From a candidate division FCPU426 bacterium (GTDB taxonomy: Bacteria; Oederibacteriota; Muellerivitia; Muellerivitales; Muellerivitaceae), in the NCBI GenBank assembly GCA_963796105.1, contig CAWCKJ010000004.1, positions 480,001-544,000 on the forward strand: a DNA stretch of 64,000 nucleotides, given 5' to 3'. The position numbers and the translations under genes were made by a program. Below, in pieces: positions 56,097-64,000 of the stretch. The number at the start of each line of letters is the position of its first letter. Positions within the stretch are counted from its first letter, which is position 1. The notes under the pieces are model-generated. The model worked only from the letters and a program-made list of their open reading frames with translations, did no database searches and had not been told where the DNA came from.

Positions 56097-56846
56097 TTAC
56101 CGAGGAAGGGACGATTCCTTCCCGAAGACCTTGTTCCACAAAATGCGAAGGGGATCATAGTATTTATCCACGACCCGCTCCTTCAGAGGAATAATCGCGT
56201 TATCGGTGATGCGGATCTCCTCCGGGCAGACCTCGGTGCAGCATTTGGTGATGTTGCACAAGCCCAAACCGTACTGGTCCTTGAGAAGCCCCGTGCGGTC
56301 CAATCCATCGATGGGGTGCATTTCCAGCGAGGCGGTCCGAACGAAAAAACGGGGGCCCGCGAACTGGCCCTCCTTGTGGTGCTCCCTCAGGACGTGGCAG
56401 GTGTCCTGGCAGAGGAAACACTCGATGCACTTTCGGAATTCCTGGACCCTATCCACGTCCCTTTGCTCCCAATTCCAGACCGCCCCGTCTTTCGGCGTAA
56501 AGGGAGGAATCTTCTTGTTCATCTCGTAATTGTAGGATACGTCGGTAACCAAGTCCTTCATGATGGGGAAGGTTTTCATGGGTGTGACGGTGATGGGTTT
56601 GCCCTCCTCAAACTCGTTGAGCCGGGCCATGCACATGAGGCGGGGCCTGCCGTTGATCTCGGCGGAGCAGGAACCGCACTTGCCCGCCTTGCAGTTCCAC
56701 CGGCAGGCCAAGTCCGTGGCTTGGTTGGCCTGGACACGGTGCACCGCGTCCAACACCACCATGCCCTCGTCGGCGTCCACGAAGTAATCCTTCAGCTTGC
56801 CGCCTTCCGAGTTGCCACGGTACAATTTCAAATGAATCTTCGGCAT
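56097..56846 (-). CDS. sdhB: Succinate dehydrogenase/fumarate reductase Fe-S subunit
   Basis: CKAGKCGSC, CIECFLCQDTC and CNITKCCTEVCP motifs. Confidence 0.94.
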   Translation of the reverse strand: MPKIHLKLYRGNSEGGKLKDYFVDADEGMVVLDAVHRVQANQATDLACRWNCKAGKCGSCSAEINGRPRLMCMARLNEFEEGKPITVTPMKTFPIMKDLVTDVSYNYEMNKKIPPFTPKDGAVWNWEQRDVDRVQEFRKCIECFLCQDTCHVLREHHKEGQFAGPRFFVRTASLEMHPIDGLDRTGLLKDQYGLGLCNITKCCTEVCPEEIRITDNAIIPLKERVVDKYYDPLRILWNKVFGKESSLPR

Positions 56847-56880
56847 TTTCTCCCGCTTTCCAATACCTTTAAACCCCGCC

Positions 56881-58761
56881 TTAATGCGCGGGCGCTTCTC
56901 CCCGGATTTGCTTCAGGATTTCAGGCTTGAGAAACCCGTCTTTCACCAGTTCCCCTTCCAGTTCGGCCGGAATCTGCGGCAGGTCCTCTTTCGCCACTTC
57001 CATGGAGTCGCCCTTCTTTCGTATGACCATTCTTTTTTTCGCGAGTTCCAGCGAGTAATTCGCGTAATCCGTCCTGGTGTGGCCTCCGCGGGATTCTTTC
57101 CGCTCCTTGGCGGCCCTGGCGACGGCTTCCCCCACGATCAGCAAATTCCTCAGGTCCATGACCACGTGCCATCCGGGATTGAAGAGGCGGTTCCCTTCCG
57201 CCGAAATGCCCGCCCACCTCTCCTTGAGTGAGACCAATTCCAAAAGGGCTTGGTCCAGGAGCGGCTCCTCGCGGTACATGCCCGCGCCCCTTTCCATGAC
57301 CAGCTGCAAGTCGGCCAAGACCCGGTAGGACGTTTCCCCGCCCGTCTTCTCGAAAGGCCGGTTCATCTCCTGGTCCAAGCAGGGAAGAACGCTGGAATCC
57401 ACCTTGGGAACCGGGGCCTTCTTGGCGTAGGCGGCGGCGTGCTCCCCCGCCAGTTTGCCGAAAACCACCAGGTCCGATAGCGAGTTTCCTCCCAAGCGGT
57501 TGGAGCCGTGCATTCCCGCGGAGCATTCCCCCGCCGCGAAAAGACCCGGCACCGTGGACATCTGGGTCTCGGGGTCCACCTTGATTCCCCCCATCATGTA
57601 ATGGCAGGTAGGGGCCATTTCCATGGGAACTTTGGTGATATCCACGTCGGCCAGCTGCTTGAACTGGTGGTACATGGAGGGAAGCTTCTTTTTTATATCC
57701 TCGTTCGTCCTGCGCGAGGCGATATCCAGGTATACCCCGCCATGCTCGGTTCCCCGGCCTTCCTTGATCTCGGTCCAGACCGCCCTTGCCACCACGTCCC
57801 GGCTCATGAGTTCCGGGGGTTTGCGGTCCTTGACCGTCTCTTCCTTCCAGCCCTCCACCACGACTTTCTTGAACCAGGCGTCCGCCTCTTCCTCGGTATC
57901 CGCGTAAATCCCTTTATATTTAGGGGGGATATACTTGAACATGAATCGCTCCCCCTTGTTGTTCTTAAGAACCCCGCCTTCCCCCCGCACGCCCTCGGTA
58001 ATGAGAAGCCCCCGGACCGAAGGGGGCCAAACCATGCCGGTGGGATGAAACTGGATATATTCCATGTCGGCGAGGTCCGCCCCCGCCAGGTAAGCCAGGG
58101 CGAACCCGTCGCCCGTGCATTCCCAGGAATTGGAGTTGATGCGGTAGAGTTTCCCGATTCCGCCCGTGGCGAGAATGACCGACTTGGCCTTGAATAGCAC
58201 CGGCCGGCCGGTTTCGCGGAAATAGCCGTAGGCCCCCGCGACCCTTTCCCCGTCCTTGAGAAGCGAGTAAAGGGTGCATTCCATATGCACCTCGATTCCG
58301 GAATGGACGCCCTTGTCTTGGAGGGAACGGATGATTTCCAGCCCGGTCCGGTCCCCCACGTGGGCCAGGCGCTTGTAAGTATGTCCCCCGAAATGCCGCA
58401 CGTTGATGTTGCCCTTGCCGTCGGAGGTGCGGTCGAAGACGGCTCCCCATTTTTCCAGCTCCCGGACCCGGTCCGGGGCCTGCTGGGCGTGGATTTGGGC
58501 CATCCGCCAATGATTGGCGAAATTACCGCCTATCATGGTGTCGCAAAAATGCTGGCGCCAGGAATCCCGGGAATCCATTGTGGCCAGGGCCGCGGCGATT
58601 CCCCCCTCGGCCATGACGGTGTGGGCCTTTCCTAAAAGGGATTTGCAGACCAGGCCTGTTTTACAGCCCGCCGCGGAAGCCTCGATGGCGGCGCGCAACC
58701 CCGCCCCGCCCGCGCCGATGACAAGCACGTCATACTCGAAAGTTTGGTAACTGTCGGCCAC
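56881..58761 (-). CDS. sdhA: Succinate dehydrogenase/fumarate reductase flavoprotein
   Basis: GAGGAG, KAHTVMAEGG, QFHPTG, EGVRGEGG, HGSNRLGGNSL and ESRGGH motifs. Confidence 0.95.
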   Translation of the reverse strand: MADSYQTFEYDVLVIGAGGAGLRAAIEASAAGCKTGLVCKSLLGKAHTVMAEGGIAAALATMDSRDSWRQHFCDTMIGGNFANHWRMAQIHAQQAPDRVRELEKWGAVFDRTSDGKGNINVRHFGGHTYKRLAHVGDRTGLEIIRSLQDKGVHSGIEVHMECTLYSLLKDGERVAGAYGYFRETGRPVLFKAKSVILATGGIGKLYRINSNSWECTGDGFALAYLAGADLADMEYIQFHPTGMVWPPSVRGLLITEGVRGEGGVLKNNKGERFMFKYIPPKYKGIYADTEEEADAWFKKVVVEGWKEETVKDRKPPELMSRDVVARAVWTEIKEGRGTEHGGVYLDIASRRTNEDIKKKLPSMYHQFKQLADVDITKVPMEMAPTCHYMMGGIKVDPETQMSTVPGLFAAGECSAGMHGSNRLGGNSLSDLVVFGKLAGEHAAAYAKKAPVPKVDSSVLPCLDQEMNRPFEKTGGETSYRVLADLQLVMERGAGMYREEPLLDQALLELVSLKERWAGISAEGNRLFNPGWHVVMDLRNLLIVGEAVARAAKERKESRGGHTRTDYANYSLELAKKRMVIRKKGDSMEVAKEDLPQIPAELEGELVKDGFLKPEILKQIRGEAPAH

Positions 58762-58802
58762 TCGTCTCCCCTTAAAAGGTTTTACGGCTCAGAAACTACG
58801 GT

Positions 58803-59573
58803 TTAAAAAATCTTAATGTCTTTCCAAATGCCCATCGCCACGAGCCTCACATACAAATCGGCGAAGCCCACCATGACCAAGGAAAGCCATCCCCAAAGCG
58901 GATGGTCCTCGTTCATTTTGGAAACCCTGCACCAGACTTTGTAACGGATGTCATTCATGCGGCAGGTGGAGAAGCAATCCAGTCTTCCACCCACAATATG
59001 CCGCCAGGCGTGGCAGGACCCGACATAGAGGGTCAGAAGGATGGTATCCGCAAATAGAACCAGGGTTCCCAGCCCCACCGAGTAAGTTTTGGGGCCCTCG
59101 AGCGTGAAGGCTTTCACGAGATCCACCCAGTGGTTGATGACGAGAAGGAGGGCGAAGTAAAGAAAATACCGGTGCACATTTTGGAGAATGAATGGAAAAG
59201 CCTGCTCGCCCTTGTATTCCCGCGGCTCCTCACCCACAGCGCAGGCGGGGGGATCCTGGAAAAGGGCTCGGTAGTAGGCTTTCCGGAAGTAATAACAGGT
59301 GCCGCGGAAGCCAGCGGGCGCCCAAAGAATCAGGAGGGCCGGCGACCATTTGAACCAGGAGGGCGAAAGAAAAGGGGAAAAAGCCGGGGAAACATAGGAA
59401 CCCCATTGGTAATAAACCTGGCCCTGGGGCCCGTAGGGAGTGAGGGCCGCCCAGGTCATGTAGACGAGAAAGGCGAGAAGTCCCAGCCCGACCCAGAGGG
59501 ACTCCAGCCACCATTGATCCTCCCGTAAAGTGACCCCGGCTCCAGTTTGAGTTCTTACATCCACTTCCATCAT
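58803..59573 (-). CDS. Sdh1-type membrane anchor subunit
   Basis: GFRGTCYYFRKAYYR...DPPACAV, QNVHRY and SCHAWRH motifs as in the actinobacterial Sdh1 anchor; directly upstream of sdhA. Confidence 0.88.
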   Translation of the reverse strand: MMEVDVRTQTGAGVTLREDQWWLESLWVGLGLLAFLVYMTWAALTPYGPQGQVYYQWGSYVSPAFSPFLSPSWFKWSPALLILWAPAGFRGTCYYFRKAYYRALFQDPPACAVGEEPREYKGEQAFPFILQNVHRYFLYFALLLVINHWVDLVKAFTLEGPKTYSVGLGTLVLFADTILLTLYVGSCHAWRHIVGGRLDCFSTCRMNDIRYKVWCRVSKMNEDHPLWGWLSLVMVGFADLYVRLVAMGIWKDIKIF

Positions 59574-59646
59574 GGTCTCCCAGTGAATTTTTCAAATGGA
59601 CCGTTTTTCAGCCATCCCGGCCCCGATGGCGGAATCCGGCCTTTTC

Positions 59647-60636
59647 CTACCACTTCAAGCTTGAGCTGTGTCCCGGCTCCGCCTTTTCAGCCGGATTGAT
59701 ATATCTTTTGGCGAAATTGACAGCCGTCGCACCCTCGGCAAAACCGGTCGCGATGAGGTCCAATTTCCCGGGATGGGTGACGATATCTCCCGCGGCATAG
59801 ATCCCGGGAATGTTCGTTTCCATGCGCTGGTTCACGGGAATCTTGTTTTTCTCGAGAGTCAAGCCCCAATCCTTGAGAAAAGAGAGGCTGGCCTGGAAGC
59901 CGAAATTCAAGATGACAAAATCCACGGGGAGGGTTTCCTCTTTTTTGGTATGGTTCTCATAGATGACCGCCTCGTCCACCCGGCCGTTTCCATGGACGGT
60001 CCCCAGTTCATACCAGAGTTTAACATCGACCTTGGAAGCCTTGAGTTTGTTGACGGAGGATTCATGGGCGCGGAACTCGTCCCGCCGGTGGATGAGGGTG
60101 ACTTGCGATGCCATGGGCTCCAGCATCAAGGCCCAATCCACGGCCGAGTCCCCGCCGCCCACGATCAGGACATTCTTCCCACGGAAGGGCTCTAATGCAA
60201 GGACCCCGTACTGCACGCCTTTTCCCTCGTAACGGGCGAGTTCAGGGTTGGGATGTTTTTTGGGGGTGAAGGAACCCATGCCCAGGGTCAATACCACCGT
60301 CCTGGAAAGAAATTTTTGCCCTTGGTCGGTGGTCAACTCAAAGATCGCGTCCGGCCGCTTGGTGAGGTTGGTCACTTTTTGGCCCAGGGCGAGCGGCGGA
60401 TTGAAGCGCATCATTTGTTCCGCTAAGTCCTTGACCAGGTCCTTGCCCATGACCCTGGGGTAGCCGGCTACGTCAAAGATATCCTTCTCGGGATACATGG
60501 CGGCGATTTGGCCGCCCAAAGCCTCCAGGGAGTCGACCAGCATGAATTTCATGCCGCGAAGCCCCGCGTAAAAACCGCCGAATAAACCGGCCGGACCCGC
60601 GCCGATAATGATGACGTCGAATACTCCCTCGGGCAT
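59647..60636 (-). CDS. Ferredoxin-NADP+ reductase, TrxR-type (YumC-like)
   Basis: GAGPAG, GGQ...YPEKDIFDVAG, GGGDSAVDWA, IHRRDEFRAH and KLDLIATGF motifs; no CxxC. Confidence 0.9.
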   Translation of the reverse strand: MPEGVFDVIIIGAGPAGLFGGFYAGLRGMKFMLVDSLEALGGQIAAMYPEKDIFDVAGYPRVMGKDLVKDLAEQMMRFNPPLALGQKVTNLTKRPDAIFELTTDQGQKFLSRTVVLTLGMGSFTPKKHPNPELARYEGKGVQYGVLALEPFRGKNVLIVGGGDSAVDWALMLEPMASQVTLIHRRDEFRAHESSVNKLKASKVDVKLWYELGTVHGNGRVDEAVIYENHTKKEETLPVDFVILNFGFQASLSFLKDWGLTLEKNKIPVNQRMETNIPGIYAAGDIVTHPGKLDLIATGFAEGATAVNFAKRYINPAEKAEPGHSSSLKW

Positions 60637-60754
60637 CATACTCCTCCATTTTGACATTCATTAAATTCCGGCTGATAAAGCAATAGGCCTTTTAACCGCC
60701 GCTTCCAGTCAAAAATCTCCCGGGGAAAAACGCCTCCGGCGCCGGGCCTTTGAC

Positions 60755-61198
60755 TCACCGATGAGGCTGGTGGCTCAAAAAAACCGCCGGGCGCTCGATG
60801 GTGATGCTTCCCTTGATGCAAACCGTCTCGCAGAGCTTGCAGCTGACGCATTTTTTCTCGTCCACGACCGCGATCTTGAAAAACTCCGGATGATCGTCGC
60901 GGGGCTTCATGGAGATGCACTCGAAGGGGCAGACATCCACGCAGAACTCGCAGGCGGTGCAGGTCTCCGGGTCCACCTTGGCCTTGGGAATTTGAACCGG
61001 TTTGATTTTTTTGACGGTCTCCCCGATGGGATTGATGATAGCCTCGACCGGGCAGAAAATACCGCACACCCCGCAGTCGATGCAAAGGGAAGGATCGATG
61101 TGGTGGAGGTTTTTTTTCTCCCCGGCGATGGCTTCCGTGGGGCATTTCACGGCGCACAACGTACAACCGATGCAGTTATCCAGGATAACGTGCGGCAT
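60755..61198 (-). CDS. Polyferredoxin with four [4Fe-4S] motifs
   Basis: Four CxxCxxCxxxC motifs; ATG at 61198. Confidence 0.92.
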   Translation of the reverse strand: MPHVILDNCIGCTLCAVKCPTEAIAGEKKNLHHIDPSLCIDCGVCGIFCPVEAIINPIGETVKKIKPVQIPKAKVDPETCTACEFCVDVCPFECISMKPRDDHPEFFKIAVVDEKKCVSCKLCETVCIKGSITIERPAVFLSHQPHR

Positions 61199-61353
61199 GA
61201 AGGCTCCCCTTGAATTGCGGAAAAAACTTATTTCGAGATAATTTAAGCAAAAGGCCATTAAAAGAAAAGCGCATTTTCATGGTTGCCGGCTCCATCCCCG
61301 GAGCATGGTTTCCAACTGTAACGAATGGCCGATCCGGAAATTTCCGGTTTTCC

Positions 61354-62250
61354 CTACATATACTCTTCAATCAGGCTTTTGCGTTTTTGAGGGTCCAGGC
61401 TCAGTTTCCGCTGGCTCGCCAGAGCCTCTCCCTGCAAGGCCGGGTCCGCCGCGTCTATGGAGGGCTGGGGATGGGGATTTCGGTAAAGGACCCCGATGGG
61501 GATCTTCGCCCCCCATTCCTTGGCCCGGCTCATGGCGGCGTTCCAGTCGGCCGGGTCATGCCCCGATTCCTCCAGCTTATAGACGCGTTCCTTGAACCAT
61601 CCGAAAGTATTCTGCTTGTTGAATGTCACGCAGGGGGAAAACACGTCGATATGGGCGAATCCGGGATATTGGATGGCCTGGATGTAAAGCGATTTCAAAT
61701 GGTTGATGTCCCCCGAGAACCCTCGGGCCACGAAACCGCATCCCGCCGCGAGTGACATGACCATGGGATTCAACTGCCCCTCCGGATTTCCAAAAGGAGT
61801 GGACTTGGTCTTCATTCCCGTCTCGGAAGTCGGCGATGTCTGGCCGGTGGTAAGTCCATAGATCTCATTGTCCATGACGATATAGGTCAAGTTGATGTTT
61901 CTTCGGATGGAGTGCACGAAATGGCCTTGGCCGATCCCGTAGCCGTCCCCATCGCCCCCGCAGGCGATCACGGTCATCTCGTGGTTGGCCAGTTTGCAGC
62001 CGGTCGCAACAGGCAGGGACCTCCCATGCAGGGAATGCATTCCGTAGGATTTGAAAAACCCAGGCAGGTTGGAGGAACAGCCGATCCCCGAGACGATCAT
62101 CAGCCTCTCGTTGGGAATTCCCAGCTCAGCCACGGCGCGTTGAAGAACGGTCAGGACCCCGTAATCCCCGCATCCAGGGCACCAATCGGGCGGGATTTCC
62201 GGTTTATAATGTTTGGCCTCCCGGGCTATCGGTTCGGTAACTGTTTGCAT
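61354..62250 (-). CDS. korB: 2-oxoacid:ferredoxin oxidoreductase beta subunit
   Basis: WCPGCGD, SGIGCSS, HGR, GDGD, DNEIYGLTTGQ.SPT and SPCVTFN motifs. Confidence 0.94.
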   Translation of the reverse strand: MQTVTEPIAREAKHYKPEIPPDWCPGCGDYGVLTVLQRAVAELGIPNERLMIVSGIGCSSNLPGFFKSYGMHSLHGRSLPVATGCKLANHEMTVIACGGDGDGYGIGQGHFVHSIRRNINLTYIVMDNEIYGLTTGQTSPTSETGMKTKSTPFGNPEGQLNPMVMSLAAGCGFVARGFSGDINHLKSLYIQAIQYPGFAHIDVFSPCVTFNKQNTFGWFKERVYKLEESGHDPADWNAAMSRAKEWGAKIPIGVLYRNPHPQPSIDAADPALQGEALASQRKLSLDPQKRKSLIEEYM

Positions 62251-62340
62251 GAAATCCTCCTCGGATTTTTCTCTATAGGTTGGTCAATTTCGGTTTTACT
62301 GCTGTTCAATAATCTTTTATTTTTCCTTATTCCTTCCGTT

Positions 62341-64000
62341 TCAATGAACCGAAGTGGTGGTCATGACTCCGGGTCCCGGGGGATGAGGCGACTGCCAACC
62401 AGGCTCCAGGGACTGTACCTCCACTAGTTTCTTTCCTTTTAAGACTTCCTTCACGGCTTCCACCACTTGGTTGGGTTGGAATGGCTCCCCGTCGTACTTG
62501 CGGATATCAGCGTGGGCGGTGATTCCGGACTCCGCCCTCAGATGCCTGGAAAACTGCCCGCTTTTGTTCATTTCCACCACGCAAATTTTTCTGGATTTTC
62601 CAAGGATTTCCGCTGCTTCCTGGGCCTGGAACGGCACCATGTACTTGAAGGATAGATGGTTCGCCTTGATCCCCTGGGCGTTCAATTTCTCAACCGCCTC
62701 CGTGGCCACGCCCCAAGTGGAGCCGAAGGTCACGAGAGTGATGTCCGCGCCAGCGGGCCCCTCCAGCTTCAGAGGCGCGGCGTAATCCCTTGTGACGCCC
62801 TCCATCTTTCGGGTTCTCTTGTCCACCATCTTCTTTCGGATGACGGGATTCGTGTAGACGTCGGAAACCAGGACCCCATCCTCGTCATGCTCGTCGGAAG
62901 CCGCCACATACAAGCGGTTGGGAAGGCCTGGAATAGCTCTGGGTGAAATCCCGGAGGGTGTGTCCTTATACCGAAGATAGGTCTTGGGTTTTCCATCATC
63001 CTCGAAAATCATTTCACCCCTGTCGATTTTGAACTCGCGTCCCAGGATGGAGGTATCCAGGGTCATGTGCCCCTCGCTCATCAATAGATCGGACAGGATC
63101 ACCACGGGGCACTGGTATTTTTCCGCCAAATTGAAGGCTTCCTCCATGGTGTCATAACAGTCCGAGATGGAGGTAGGCGCGATGATAATGCGCGGGAAAT
63201 CGCCCTGCGAGGCCCCGATAGCCTGGGTCAGGTCCCCTTGCTCCTGTTTGGTGGGAAGTCCCGTTGAAGGGCCTCCCCTCATGACGTTGACCATCACCAC
63301 GGGAGTTTCCATCATTCCGGCCAGTCCCAGCGCCTCGGTCATGAGGGCGAAACCCCCGCCCGAAGTGGCGCACATGGCCCTGACTCCCATGTGGCCCGCG
63401 CCAATGGCCATATTGGCCACGCTGATCTCGTCTTCCACCTGGCGCACGCAAACATCCAGGTCTTTCCCGTGGGCTCCCATCCAATGAAGGATTCCCGTGG
63501 CCGGGCTCATGGGATAAGCGCAATAGAATTTGCAGCCCGCGTTGACCGCTCCCAAGGCGATGACATTGTTTCCAGCCACCATGGCCAGTTTCGTTCCAGT
63601 ATGTGTCAAAGGATTGGAAACGGGTTTGTAGGTCTTGTCCGCGAAATCATAGCCTGCCCGGGCAGCGTCCACGTTGGCCTTGACCACTTGGGGTTTTTTC
63701 TTGAAGGTGTATTCAAAGACAGAGGAAAGGGCGGAAAAATCCAACCCGATCAAACGAGTCAGCGCGCCTAAAGCGGCGGTGTTTTGCATGATGGGAAGGG
63801 CGTCCTTGCCGACCAACTCAAATACCGGCAGGGGGCAAAGCTGCACGCCTTGAGGAGCCTTGGCGGGTTTGACCTTGTCGCCGTTATAAACGCAAAGGCC
63901 GCCCGGTTTCAGCTCCTGGAGGTGGCGGTCCATTGCATCCTGGTTCAAAGCGATTACACATTGGACTTGGTCACCCACGTTGTGGGGTTTTCGGGTTGAA
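62341..64000 (-). CDS. korA: 2-oxoacid:ferredoxin oxidoreductase alpha subunit (5' end outside the window)
   Basis: AYPMSPAT, QVEDEI, ATSGGGFALM, RGGPSTGLPTKQEQGD and KYDGEPF motifs. Confidence 0.94.
   Translation of the reverse strand, partial: STRKPHNVGDQVQCVIALNQDAMDRHLQELKPGGLCVYNGDKVKPAKAPQGVQLCPLPVFELVGKDALPIMQNTAALGALTRLIGLDFSALSSVFEYTFKKKPQVVKANVDAARAGYDFADKTYKPVSNPLTHTGTKLAMVAGNNVIALGAVNAGCKFYCAYPMSPATGILHWMGAHGKDLDVCVRQVEDEISVANMAIGAGHMGVRAMCATSGGGFALMTEALGLAGMMETPVVMVNVMRGGPSTGLPTKQEQGDLTQAIGASQGDFPRIIIAPTSISDCYDTMEEAFNLAEKYQCPVVILSDLLMSEGHMTLDTSILGREFKIDRGEMIFEDDGKPKTYLRYKDTPSGISPRAIPGLPNRLYVAASDEHDEDGVLVSDVYTNPVIRKKMVDKRTRKMEGVTRDYAAPLKLEGPAGADITLVTFGSTWGVATEAVEKLNAQGIKANHLSFKYMVPFQAQEAAEILGKSRKICVVEMNKSGQFSRHLRAESGITAHADIRKYDGEPFQPNQVVEAVKEVLKGKKLVEVQSLEPGWQSPHPPGPGVMTTTSVH

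Noticed and set aside
1..64000. tRNA or rRNA genes
   Set aside because: GTTCRA-like hits (about 3614, 11155, 21435) lack a cloverleaf context; no rRNA-like sequence was seen.

Overview
Bacterial chromosomal segment; lineage cannot be determined from sequence alone. Housekeeping blocks: oxidative pentose phosphate genes (zwf-opcA-pgl), an AttEGH-type ABC transporter plus lipocalin-like protein, mtnB/mtnD, queG, mqnD, a tandem-domain ThyX, an AAA+/VWA pair, an MFS transporter, cstA, two PilT-family ATPases, a fatty-acid desaturase, and a korAB-ferredoxin-FNR-Sdh1-type operon. An accessory region (~29-49 kb) holds an MNT-HEPN pair, a complete IS21 element (6-bp TSD) inserted into a quasi-symmetric ~0.9-kb non-coding multi-repeat locus, an IS1595/ISSod11-type element (8-bp TSD) that knocks out a membrane gene, and five GT-C-like membrane glycosyltransferases, four with TPR or TPR-like tails. 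These include TMTC-like and TMEM260/DUF2723-like proteins, and two of the five are disrupted. Intergenic spaces carry several families of palindromic REP/MITE-like elements, two of them in near-identical duplicate. There is also a candidate structured small RNA and a shared ECF-type promoter motif. No rRNA, tRNA or CRISPR array was seen. All family calls come from motif recognition by eye; no database searches were run.
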